Source: Nostoc sp. PCC 7120 = FACHB-418
GTDB taxonomy: Bacteria > Cyanobacteriota > Cyanobacteriia > Cyanobacteriales > Nostocaceae
Length of the DNA: 32,000 nucleotides
Reading direction: 5' to 3'
NCBI RefSeq assembly: GCF_000009705.1
Contig: NC_003272.1
Span: 150,001-182,000 of the forward strand
Numbering within the stretch: the stretch's first letter is position 1; each line of letters starts with the position of its first letter. The notes below the pieces were generated by a model. That model was not told where the DNA came from and did no database searches. It saw only the letters and a list, made by a program, of their open reading frames with translations. Made by a program: the position numbers and the translations under genes. Shown piece by piece: positions 16,535 to 25,503 of the stretch.

Positions 16535-17335
16535 ATGACTAATAATATCAAACAACAAATTCAAGCAGACTTACAGCAAGCAAAATCAACTGGGCAGCTA
16601 AAAAGTGAGAGAATCAGAGAAATTGTCAAAGCCGCAGTTTCTCAAGTTGCCTCTGAATTGAAAGAGGGTTCTAGTGAAATTCGTTCTCTAGTTAAAGATG
16701 CAGTTTCTACCGTAATTGAAAATCTCCAAGACAAAGGTACAGAAATCAAGGAAGAAGTTACAGCTTCTATTGAAGGAGCTATTGAAGGTGTTAATACTAA
16801 AAGACATGAGGCGATAGTTAGAAGTCAGTCAGAGTTGCAAAGACTGCAAGCTCAAATTGATGGTGAAGAAGAAAAAATTCAGCAAGAAGTTGATGGTATC
16901 TTAGCAGAAATAGCGGAAAATGGTAAGCAAGAAACTGCTAGCACAAAAACTGTAATTGATTCTGCCATTGATGTTATCAAAAATAGTGAAGAAGTTTCCC
17001 TCTTACAAAAGCGTTACGCGCAATTACAAGCACAACTATCAATAGTTAGGGCTAATTTAGCGGCTCGTTACGGCGGACGTTCAGAAGAAGTCAAAAATTA
17101 TCTGGATGAAGCCAAGATATGGTATGAGCAGGCTCGTCCCCAGGCTGAAGTTCTGGCTACTCAGGTAGAGGAGAAGCGATCGCAAATAGATAGTAAACTA
17201 GGGGAAGCTGGTACATCCCTAGCGAGAAAAGAGCGTCAAGTCAAACAAACTTTAAGAGAACTATTACTAGCAACTGCTGATTTGTTCAAAGATAAGGAAC
17301 ATCCAGAGCAAGAGAAAGAAGTCACACGCAAGTAA
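16535..17335 (+). CDS. Coiled-coil / amphipathic-repeat protein (LEA- or apolipoprotein-like)
   Basis: The ORF is rich in E, K, Q and A and has no Cys or Trp-rich core. It has repeats of about 23 residues: SERIREIVKAAVSQVASELKEGS / SEIRSLVKDAVSTVIENLQDKGT / EIKEEVTASIEGAIEGVNTKRHE. I prefer the ATG at 16535 over the TTG at 16529. Confidence 0.65.
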   Translation: MTNNIKQQIQADLQQAKSTGQLKSERIREIVKAAVSQVASELKEGSSEIRSLVKDAVSTVIENLQDKGTEIKEEVTASIEGAIEGVNTKRHEAIVRSQSELQRLQAQIDGEEEKIQQEVDGILAEIAENGKQETASTKTVIDSAIDVIKNSEEVSLLQKRYAQLQAQLSIVRANLAARYGGRSEEVKNYLDEAKIWYEQARPQAEVLATQVEEKRSQIDSKLGEAGTSLARKERQVKQTLRELLLATADLFKDKEHPEQEKEVTRK

Positions 17336-17351
17336 TCGAATAGGTGAAAAA

Positions 17352-17392
17352 TAGCCCAGGCTTATCAGATAAGTCTGGGCTATTTAAATTTT
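17352..17392 (+). terminator. Rho-independent terminator of the coiled-coil gene
   Basis: TAGCCCAGGCTTATC pairs with GATAAGTCTGGGCTA (15 bp, one G-U pair), followed by TTTAAATTTT. Confidence 0.75.
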
Positions 17393-17530
17393 GGAAAATA
17401 AGTATAATGCTTGACTGCTAACAGACTTGAGAGCCTTTTATTGTCAGGATTTCATCTTAGCTTGATGTCCTAATTTATCGTAAAATCAAGGGTTTAAGAC
17501 ACCTCTCTTACAAAGTTCTGTGACTGGCTA

Positions 17531-17563
17531 CGCCTATATATAAAAATAGGCGGGAATTTCCCG
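17531..17563 (-). terminator. Overlapping alternative hairpins downstream of the Pmp3-like gene
   Basis: CGCCTAT pairs with ATAGGCG (17531-17537 and 17546-17552). The near-palindrome CGGGAATTTCCCG (17551-17563) overlaps it. On the minus strand the second hairpin is followed by CCTATTTTTAT. Confidence 0.3.
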
Positions 17564-17599
17564 ACCTATCTCATCAAAAAAGGTGACATCTAACTTCAA

Positions 17600-17776
17600 T
17601 TAATAATTAAACTGTTCTTCGTGTTTAGCAATCACCCAAACAGCATGAATACTACCGGGTAGCCAACCTAAGAGTGTCAGCAAAATATTAATTACCAAAG
17701 TTGGGCCGACACCGACTGTCAAGAAAACCCCTACAGGAGGTAATAGTAGACCGAGAAGAAGACGAAGTAATTTCAT
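17600..17776 (-). CDS. Pmp3/YqaE (UPF0057) stress-induced proteolipid
   Basis: MKLLRLLLGLLLPPVGVFLTVGVGPTLVINILLTLLGWLPGSIHAVWVIAK matches the Pmp3 family pattern. The ATG at 17776 gives the family-typical length, so I prefer it over the TTG at 17797. Confidence 0.8.
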   Translation of the reverse strand: MKLLRLLLGLLLPPVGVFLTVGVGPTLVINILLTLLGWLPGSIHAVWVIAKHEEQFNY

Positions 17777-17935
17777 GGGTTTGTTGCTACTTTTCAAATG
17801 TTAGTTACTTACATTGTCCGAAATCAATCAAATTACTAACTCCATCTCCAGAATTAACTTAATTTGATGATTTACAATACGTACTCAAGCTTGTGTTATG
17901 AGAAGATGTAATTGCCACCCTTCTACTTACAAGTT

Positions 17936-18349
17936 TTATCGAGAAGATAATTCACCTTGTGATGGTAATTCACCTGGTGTCTTTGCATCACCTGTTAAAG
18001 CCAGATTCTTCTCGGCAAAATAGTTGTTGATGAAAGTACTAGCGAAAGAAAGAACTACTGGCCCCAAAATAAAGGCAAGAATGCCGTGGACGCTGAACCC
18101 AGGAACCAAAGCTGCTGCTAATGAAAAACACAATCCATTGACAATTAGAGAAAATGCGCCAAAGGTTAAGAAGTTAAGCGGTAATGATAGAGTAGATAGG
18201 ACTGGTCTGACTGAGCCGTTAACTAATCCAATCACTACAGCAGCTATGATGGCGGCAGGAAAGTTAGCAATATTGACACCAGGAACTACTAAATCAACAA
18301 TTAATAGGCTGAGTGCTGTAGCTAGAGCTGTTAAAAACATTCCCAACAT
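17936..18349 (-). CDS. DUF360 / phage-holin-4-like (YvlD-type) membrane protein
   Basis: 137 aa with 4 TM helices. LLIVDLVVPGV...VIGLVNGSVRPVL..LSLPLNFLTFGAF.LIVNG is characteristic of PF04020. Confidence 0.65.
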   Translation of the reverse strand: MLGMFLTALATALSLLIVDLVVPGVNIANFPAAIIAAVVIGLVNGSVRPVLSTLSLPLNFLTFGAFSLIVNGLCFSLAAALVPGFSVHGILAFILGPVVLSFASTFINNYFAEKNLALTGDAKTPGELPSQGELSSR

Positions 18350-18633
18350 TTTTTTACCTAAAATTCAGTAATAGATTATTTGTTTTTGCTATTACCATCT
18401 TGAATATTTAAATAAATAAAATCATCTCTAGCAAGATAGATTGCCCTTCTACCATCTGGAGTATTTTCAGAAAAATCAGATAAAATCATTCAAAAATCAG
18501 GAAATCGTCGCTTACTGTAAAATTACTCAGATTCAAAATGAGATTATTCTGATTTCCCTGCATCAGATTGATATTGACATACACTATTCACACAGCACAG
18601 TCTACTTGATCAACAATAGTAAGAAAACTAGAT

Positions 18634-21099
18634 ATGTCAGACACGAATGTTATCGCTACTGTGTCATCATCCCCAGCGTCCTTTGTTACTCTTTTACAAG
18701 AAAAAATTGCCCTAATTCGCAGTACTCTGCGCCCAGGACAACAACAAATGGCTGACTGGCAGTCGGGGCCTTTGGCGGTATCGGCTGTACCGGGTGCTGG
18801 TAAATCTACGGGGATGGCGGCGGCGGCGGCGATCGCTATTGCTCGTCAGTATCAGCAGGCGGCGGAGTCGCGCACATCTTCCCGTCGTCAGTTGGTGGTG
18901 GTTACTTTTACTCGCTCTGCGGCTGCCAATATTAAAGCAAAAATTCGTCACTATCTAAAGCAATTATCATTACCACAAACTGGTTTTGCTGTTTACACTC
19001 TGCACGGTTTGGCGTTGAATATTGCCAGCCGCCATCCTGATTTATCAGGGTTAGAGTTAGAAAATGTCACCCTCATCACCCCTAACCAAAGCCATCGCTT
19101 TATTCGTACCGCAGTTGAACAATGGATTAATAATCATCCCCGGCTTTATTTGCGGTTATTGGAAGGACAGCAATTTGATGGTGAAGAAACAGAAAGGTTA
19201 CGTCGCCAATCAGTATTGCGGACGGAAATTTTACCGGATTTGGCAACTACCGTGATTCATGAAGCCAAAAGTTCTGGTATATCACCAGAGCAACTACAGC
19301 AATGGAGTCAAGAAACTACAGACGCTTATGAGATTTTAACTATAGCGGCGGGTTTATACGAACAGTATCAAAACCTGATGCGATCGCGCGACTTCATCGA
19401 CTACGACGACATGATTTTAGCCGCCCTACGCGTCCTGGAAAACGACAGCGCCCGACGCATTGAGCAAAACCAAGTTTTCGCCGTCTTTGAAGACGAAGCC
19501 CAAGACTCTAGCCCCTTGCAAACGCAGTTATTAGAGATTTTGGCGAGTGGTGGAGAGACAGGGGGCAGGGGGCAGGGGAAGCAGGGGGCAGGGGGCAGGG
19601 AGCAGGGGGCAGGGGGAGAACTGACTGCAAGATTTTCGCCCAATCCCCAGTCCCCAATCCCCAGTCCCCAATCCCCAGTCCCCAATCCCCAGTCTCCTAT
19701 CAACTTAATCCGTGTCGGCGACCCCAACCAAGCAATTAACTCTACTTTTACCCCGGCTGATCCAATTTATTTTCGGGAATTTTGCCAAGAGTGCGATCGC
19801 TCTCATAAACTAGCGACAATGGATCAAGCTGGTCGTAGTACCACCATGATTATTGCTGCCGCTAACTTCGCGCTGGAATGGGTAAATGATTCTTACGATA
19901 AAAATAAAAAGTCTTCCCATCTTCATCTTTCTGCGCCCTTTAGTCTGCAAAAAATACATCCTGTCCATCAAACTGATGTCAACCCAGCACCAGTAGGCAG
20001 AGGATTAGAATTACATAGACCCCGTGATATTTATCACACTGTAGAATTGCTATCTCAAAGGGTGATTGAGCTATTAACCGAAGATATGGGCAAGAGTGCG
20101 GCGGTGTTAGTGCGGGAGAATCGCCAAGGACGTTGGTTGGTAGAGGCGCTAGCACCTAAGTGTAAAGAGCATAATATTACACTATTTGACGTGGGAGAAA
20201 GCGATCGCCGTTCTCATGTTCCTCAAGAAATTTTAGCGTTATTGCAATTTTGCGATCGCCCCCATTCCCCCGATTATCTCAAAGCTGCTTTAGAAGTATT
20301 GGTAAAGCGCCAATTAATTCCGACTCAAGACCTCAACGCCTTGGCTAGTCTACCAGAAGAATTTTTGTATCCTGGCCCCTTAGCTGCACCCCAGTCAGAA
20401 CTAGTCCAAAAAGCCTCTCATCTTTGCCGTAGTTTACTGCGCGCACGTTTGGAATTGCCTTTATATCAGATTATTTCTTTCCTCGCCCTGACGTTAAATT
20501 ATGACCAAGCGGAACTGGCGACTGCTGATAAACTTTCGGAACGGGTAAACAAGCAAATAGCGGGTAACAACTCAATGGGGGCTATGCTTTCAGCCTTAAG
20601 TGAAATCGTCAATTCCGAACGTTTTGAACCTGTGGAAACCGATGATTCGGAAGCCCGTTACACCCGCAATGGTCAATTAACGATTATCACCATGCACAAA
20701 GCCAAGGGGCTGGATTGGAATTATGTTTTTATCCCCTTCCTCCATGAAAACTTAATTCCTGGGAGATTTTGGGTTCCACCCCAAAGCCAGTTTTTGGGTG
20801 ACTTTACTTTATCAGAAGTTGCCCGCGCCCAGATTCGGGCTGCACTTCATGGTGAAACTGGAATACCGGAAGTAACGTCAGCTTGGGAGCAAGCAAAACA
20901 CCTGAAAACGGCAGAAGAATATCGTTTACTCTATGTGGCGATGACGAGAGCAAAGCAATTATTGTGGATGTCTGCGGCTCAGAAAGCACCGTTTACTTGG
21001 AGTAAACCAGAGAATTTACAAGAACAAGCCCCTTGTCCAGTTTTTTCCGCATTAAAGCGCCAGTTTCCTGAATTTGTAATTCACACTCAGCCCTCATGA
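18634..21099 (+). CDS. UvrD/Rep/PcrA-family superfamily 1 DNA helicase with a repeat-encoded insertion
   Basis: Motifs: I AVPGAGKST, Ia VTFTRSAAANIK, II FEDEAQDSSP, III RVGDPNQAIN, and C-terminal TIITMHKAKGLDW and YVAMTRAKQLL. 821 aa. Confidence 0.85.
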   Translation: MSDTNVIATVSSSPASFVTLLQEKIALIRSTLRPGQQQMADWQSGPLAVSAVPGAGKSTGMAAAAAIAIARQYQQAAESRTSSRRQLVVVTFTRSAAANIKAKIRHYLKQLSLPQTGFAVYTLHGLALNIASRHPDLSGLELENVTLITPNQSHRFIRTAVEQWINNHPRLYLRLLEGQQFDGEETERLRRQSVLRTEILPDLATTVIHEAKSSGISPEQLQQWSQETTDAYEILTIAAGLYEQYQNLMRSRDFIDYDDMILAALRVLENDSARRIEQNQVFAVFEDEAQDSSPLQTQLLEILASGGETGGRGQGKQGAGGREQGAGGELTARFSPNPQSPIPSPQSPVPNPQSPINLIRVGDPNQAINSTFTPADPIYFREFCQECDRSHKLATMDQAGRSTTMIIAAANFALEWVNDSYDKNKKSSHLHLSAPFSLQKIHPVHQTDVNPAPVGRGLELHRPRDIYHTVELLSQRVIELLTEDMGKSAAVLVRENRQGRWLVEALAPKCKEHNITLFDVGESDRRSHVPQEILALLQFCDRPHSPDYLKAALEVLVKRQLIPTQDLNALASLPEEFLYPGPLAAPQSELVQKASHLCRSLLRARLELPLYQIISFLALTLNYDQAELATADKLSERVNKQIAGNNSMGAMLSALSEIVNSERFEPVETDDSEARYTRNGQLTIITMHKAKGLDWNYVFIPFLHENLIPGRFWVPPQSQFLGDFTLSEVARAQIRAALHGETGIPEVTSAWEQAKHLKTAEEYRLLYVAMTRAKQLLWMSAAQKAPFTWSKPENLQEQAPCPVFSALKRQFPEFVIHTQPS
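19561..19616. repeat. Tandem heptamer array (GGGGGCA)n inside the helicase CDS
   Basis: GGGGGCAGGGGGCAGGGGAAGCAGGGGGCAGGGGGCAGGGAGCAGGGGGCAGGGGG, about 8 units. It translates in frame as GRGQGKQGAGGREQGAGG. Confidence 0.9.
19639..19694. repeat. STRR1-type heptamer array CCCCA(A/G)T x8 inside the helicase CDS
   Basis: CCCAATCCCCAGTCCCCAATCCCCAGT..., alternating CCCCAAT and CCCCAGT. It translates as SPNPQSPIPSPQSPVPNPQSP. Confidence 0.9.
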
Positions 21100-22599
21100 A
21101 TCGTCAAGGTTAGCTAATAGTTCTAAAATGACTCCGTTCGTCCAACCAAAACCTATCTCGTTAGAACTATAGCCAAAGCAGATTTCATCGGAAACTTGAG
21201 CCGAACAACGTTCTACATCGTATTTTTCTACAAAAAAGCCATATTTCGTAAATTCTTGAATCGCCATAGTTAGGAATTTATGAGCAATATCATCCCCCTC
21301 CTTGCGATATCCGTAACGATAAAGTCCTTGGACTGCAATTAAGGTGAGTGGGGCCCAGCCAAAAGGCGCGTCCCATTGGTTCCCTGTTACATGGGTGCTG
21401 GTGAAGATTCCCCCTGGGGCTGTAAATAAGGAAAGATTTTCTACAATGCGTTGGGCTTGTTCTGGGGAGGATAATCCTGTCCACAGGGGATAGAAGGTAG
21501 TGGCAAATTCATAATGACGGCGTTTGCCACTGTAGAAGTGATAGTCTAAATAAATTCCTTTTTCTTCATCCCACAGGTATTGATTGATACGCTCACGGCG
21601 CAAAGTGGCGCGATCGCTCCATTGTTCTGCAAGTTCGGGATTATCTAAAATCTTGTGAATTTGCGCCAAGTCTTGCTCCATTTGATAAAGCAGGCTGTTC
21701 AGACAGACAGGTGCATAATGGACGATATCAACGCTAAAGGGGCCAAAGCGGTTGGTGATATCAAAACCAGACTCGCGCATGGAGCGATCGCCTTTGTAAA
21801 ATAAGTCTGTGAGTTCGTCTCTTTCTGAGTCATAAAACAAACTCACATCATAATCATCAATCTCAAATGTCTTGTAATATTCCTTGACACGTTCGTAGTG
21901 GCTGCGTCCAGTTTCATCTAGCTCGGAAAATAATACTTCTGGTGCAGCCCCTTCGCCTAAGGCGTAGTATCTAGATAAGCCTGTGGCTGAATTTAGATGC
22001 GGCGGTACGACCCAATAATAGTAAAACTGTTCTAGCAATGGCAGGGTTGATTTGAGCCATGCTTGGTCTTGGGTGTGTTGGAATAACGCCAAGACCATCA
22101 TACTCAGAACGGGGGGTTGCGATCGCGTCAGCATATAGGTACGGTTGGCGTTGAGGATTGTACCGTAATGCTGGACTTGGTAAAGTAGCTGATCAACTTG
22201 ACTTTGGGCTAGTTCCCATTCTTCATCTTGCAACAGTCCAAGCAAAATAAAATAGCTATCCCAACCATACATTTCATTAAAACGACCACCAGGAACGACG
22301 TAAGCACCAGGGAGATATAACAATCCGTGTTCTTGGATGGCTTCAACTTCGCTGGGTAAGGTGCGAATTTCTATTTGCTGCATCTCTTTTGCCGAGAGTG
22401 ATCGCTCTAATACGGACTGGACTGTATTACAGTCTTCTTGGGGGGAGATGTAGATAATCCAAGGGGTGTTGGGTTGGTGTTCTAGTTTGGTGTCTTGGGC
22501 GGATTCTAGTAAATGTTGGTGGGAGCGAGTGAGGGTTTTCCAGGTTTGTTTGATGTAGGTTCTGACGGTGTTTTTGGTCATGGGTTTTTTCTCACGCAT
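21094..22599 (-). CDS. treH: Trehalase (GH37)
   Basis: Both trehalase signatures are present: PGGRFNEMYGWDSYF and QWDAPFGWAPL. 501 aa. It is the last gene of the tre operon. Confidence 0.92.
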   Translation of the reverse strand: MREKKPMTKNTVRTYIKQTWKTLTRSHQHLLESAQDTKLEHQPNTPWIIYISPQEDCNTVQSVLERSLSAKEMQQIEIRTLPSEVEAIQEHGLLYLPGAYVVPGGRFNEMYGWDSYFILLGLLQDEEWELAQSQVDQLLYQVQHYGTILNANRTYMLTRSQPPVLSMMVLALFQHTQDQAWLKSTLPLLEQFYYYWVVPPHLNSATGLSRYYALGEGAAPEVLFSELDETGRSHYERVKEYYKTFEIDDYDVSLFYDSERDELTDLFYKGDRSMRESGFDITNRFGPFSVDIVHYAPVCLNSLLYQMEQDLAQIHKILDNPELAEQWSDRATLRRERINQYLWDEEKGIYLDYHFYSGKRRHYEFATTFYPLWTGLSSPEQAQRIVENLSLFTAPGGIFTSTHVTGNQWDAPFGWAPLTLIAVQGLYRYGYRKEGDDIAHKFLTMAIQEFTKYGFFVEKYDVERCSAQVSDEICFGYSSNEIGFGWTNGVILELLANLDDS

Positions 22600-22657
22600 T
22601 CGACGAAGTCGTTCTCGAAGAGTAGGCGCAGAGGCGCAAAGAAGAGAGGAAAAAGAG

Positions 22658-25426
22658 TTATTCGGCGATTAACAGGGCTACGGGGAAGTGGGTGAGGGCT
22701 TGGGCGATGGGTAGGGTGTCTTCGGTTTGTAGGGTTTGGTGGGTGAGGGGGTTGTACCAAGTTTTGGCGGGGAGTTTTAGGTGAGTATCTTGCCAGATTT
22801 CGCCTAGTGGTGTTTGTCCTGGGGGGGTGAGGGTGGTGAGGAAGCGGGGGGCGATGGCGATCGCGGTTTGCTCACCTTTTTGTCTGGCAAATGCGATGAT
22901 ATGGTTGGCGTGGGTTCCGTGAATTTCTAACGGGAGATATTCGCCGTCTTGGAATAATGCAAGGTATTTTGTTCTGGCTTTGAGGGCTTGGAGTGTTAAA
23001 AATAGTTTGATTCTACCGTCGGTTTTGTGATGGATTAGTTCGGAAATTAAGCCGAGAATATCGGTTTTGCTTTGCTCCTGAATGGTGCTTAAGTATGCAG
23101 CGCGTGATTCAAAATCAACGGGACGGCGGTTGTCAGGGTCAACTAAGCTTAAGTCCCAAAGTTCTGTTCCTTGGTAAAAGTCGGGTACACCAGGAGCAGC
23201 AATTTTCAGAAGAGTTTGGGAAAGAGAATTAAATATGCCATATTCGGCAATTTTCTCTTGAAAGGGGTGGAATGTTTCTAAAAATTGCCGTGATACCTTG
23301 GGGTCAAGTACTTTCTCAATAAAAGAGCTACAAGCTTCTTCGTACTCATTATCGGGACGTAACCATGCAGTATGTACTTTCGCTTCCCGAATGGCTTTAA
23401 TCATGTAGTCTTGTACCCTCTGGACAAAGGACGCTTGTTCGTGTTCTGCAAAGGGAAACGCACCTACCAGAGTTTGATAGAGAAAATATTCGTCGTTGCG
23501 ATCGGGTTGGTTATTGCTACGATGTGTTTGATTAAGTTGGCTCCATAGATTTATCTGTTCTTCCCACTCCTGGGGAATTTCAGATAACACATTTAACCTT
23601 GCTCTCATGTCTTCGCCGCGCTTTGTGTCATGGGTAGCTGTGGCGTTCATGGTGTGAGGCCAGTTAGCTTGGTGTTGTTGGTTAAAGTGATGGAATTTAT
23701 CGACAGTAATACCGAAATGGCTGGGATTTCCGCCTACTTCATTCAAGGAAAGCAGACGGTTGTAAACATATAAGGTGGTATCTTCTACACCTTTAGCCAT
23801 AAGGGGGCCACTGTATTGCTGCATCCGCAAGACAAAATATATCCATTGTTCCCGTTCTGTTTGGTTAAGAGAATCATCGAACTCCAGCAGCATTACTTTT
23901 TCTATAAAGTTCATCTCGTGATGTAGGAGAGGTACTTGTTTTTTCGCAGCCTCGATGACTCCTTGAATGCAGACTTTATCACTATCTCCAATCCCATCGG
24001 GGGTGATATAAGTGCGGTAAATGGGGAATAGGGTCAGAACTGTGGCGATCGCTCTTTTCAACCCATTCAATGTAAAATCGTTACCATAGCGGTATTTGCT
24101 GGCAATATTCTTCAGCAAGCTTGCCAAGTTATCCACATCACCCGCTAAATTTTTTTCTAAAATCAGGTGTTTTTTCTCATTAACGAGGGATGGATAATCT
24201 ACAGGTTTCCCAATAAATTTATGGTAAATATTATCAAACAATGATTCATTCGCAGACTGACAAAATACCCCATTAACGTAATTCAAAAAATCATATCCAG
24301 ATGTACCTTGAATATCCCAATTTTCTGGTAAATCTTCAGTTAATTCCAAAATTTTCTCAACGGTGATATAAACATCCCCCATCTTTTCTCGTAGACGTTC
24401 TAAATACTGCGTAGGTTGATAAAGTCCGTCAATGTGGTCAATTCTTAAACCAGTAAATATGCCCTGTTCTATTAGTTGGTGAATTAAACTATGGGTATTG
24501 TTAAACACGCGCATTTCTTCTACTTTCACAGAAATCAATTCGTTAACAGTAAAGAAGCGGCGATAGTTCATTTCCTCTGCCCCGACCTTCCAAAAAGCGA
24601 GGCGATAGAATTGGTCATTGAGTAAGTCATCTAACAAATTAAAACTTTCAAAATTACCTGCTTCACCATTAAATGTTTGAATATTCTCCTCAATGAATGC
24701 GTGGATATCATCATTACTGGTGTAGAGTTCCCAAATCAAACCCTTGATAAAAGCAATTTGGTCTTGTCGCTGTTTTCCTACAACTTCCGAGGGAACATTT
24801 TTCAGAATGTAGAGAATGCCTAAAAGTTTAATAAAATCAGGGTGATTCCGTCCCAGTGTACGTGTGAGTTTACCCAAATTGTGACTAATAAATTTAGTAT
24901 AAGATTCTAAGCGCAATGGCAACTTTAAGCTGTAATAGTTAACAGTTAAACCATTTTGCTCATATTGCAGTTCAATATCTCCCTTTTCTAAAGATTCACC
25001 ATAAAAATCGCCTAATAAAGGAGCTAAGATGCGCTCCTGACTATTAGCAAATGGAGAGTTCCAACACACATCAAAGTAGTCGGTATAACTAGAATCCGGC
25101 CCATGTTCCAGCACATCCATTAAATATGGATTTTCGCTACTATAAGCCATGTGGTTAGGAACAATATCTTGCAACCAGCCCAGACCTAGAGACTGTAATT
25201 CAGCCACCAACGCCTCAAAAGCCTCAGTAGTTCCTAATTGGGGATTGAGTTGTGACCCATCCACCACATCATAACCATGTGTACTACCAGTTCTAGCCTT
25301 AAAAATCGGCGAAGCATAAAAATCAGAAATACCTAAATCTGCTAGGTAAGATGCGATCGCTCTAGCATCATCAAACCCAAACTCCGGTGTAAACTGAATA
25401 CGATAAGTAGCTTTAGGAATTCGCAT
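22658..25426 (-). CDS. treY: Malto-oligosyltrehalose synthase (GH13)
   Basis: MRIPKATYRIQFTPEFGF..., DIVPNHMA (region I) and GLRIDHIDGL (region II). At 922 aa its size is typical of TreY. Confidence 0.92.
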   Translation of the reverse strand: MRIPKATYRIQFTPEFGFDDARAIASYLADLGISDFYASPIFKARTGSTHGYDVVDGSQLNPQLGTTEAFEALVAELQSLGLGWLQDIVPNHMAYSSENPYLMDVLEHGPDSSYTDYFDVCWNSPFANSQERILAPLLGDFYGESLEKGDIELQYEQNGLTVNYYSLKLPLRLESYTKFISHNLGKLTRTLGRNHPDFIKLLGILYILKNVPSEVVGKQRQDQIAFIKGLIWELYTSNDDIHAFIEENIQTFNGEAGNFESFNLLDDLLNDQFYRLAFWKVGAEEMNYRRFFTVNELISVKVEEMRVFNNTHSLIHQLIEQGIFTGLRIDHIDGLYQPTQYLERLREKMGDVYITVEKILELTEDLPENWDIQGTSGYDFLNYVNGVFCQSANESLFDNIYHKFIGKPVDYPSLVNEKKHLILEKNLAGDVDNLASLLKNIASKYRYGNDFTLNGLKRAIATVLTLFPIYRTYITPDGIGDSDKVCIQGVIEAAKKQVPLLHHEMNFIEKVMLLEFDDSLNQTEREQWIYFVLRMQQYSGPLMAKGVEDTTLYVYNRLLSLNEVGGNPSHFGITVDKFHHFNQQHQANWPHTMNATATHDTKRGEDMRARLNVLSEIPQEWEEQINLWSQLNQTHRSNNQPDRNDEYFLYQTLVGAFPFAEHEQASFVQRVQDYMIKAIREAKVHTAWLRPDNEYEEACSSFIEKVLDPKVSRQFLETFHPFQEKIAEYGIFNSLSQTLLKIAAPGVPDFYQGTELWDLSLVDPDNRRPVDFESRAAYLSTIQEQSKTDILGLISELIHHKTDGRIKLFLTLQALKARTKYLALFQDGEYLPLEIHGTHANHIIAFARQKGEQTAIAIAPRFLTTLTPPGQTPLGEIWQDTHLKLPAKTWYNPLTHQTLQTEDTLPIAQALTHFPVALLIAE

Positions 25427-25503
25427 AAATTTTAACTCTTAATTTAATAAACCCAACAAACACTCCGCGCCCCTCCGCGCATCCCTCCGCGTTAAAAAAC
25501 CTC

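Noticed and set aside
18350-18633. LexA/SOS box upstream of the UvrD-like helicase
   Set aside because: I found repeated TCAGATT/AATCAG words, but nothing matching the cyanobacterial LexA consensus of the GTAC-N-GTWC type.
18441-18755. 104-aa plus-strand ORF in the AT-rich region upstream of the helicase
   Set aside because: It runs into the helicase CDS out of frame and has no RBS. Its composition reflects AT-rich intergenic DNA.
19401-19727. 108-aa minus-strand ORF across the helicase repeat arrays
   Set aside because: It is an artefact of the stop-free heptamer repeats. The conserved helicase motifs fix the plus-strand frame as the coding one.
22513-22760. ORFs 22513..22695 (+) and 22578..22760 (-) at the treY/treH junction
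   Set aside because: They overlap the ends of treY and treH, and their translations are Pro/Arg/His-rich junk derived from G-rich DNA.
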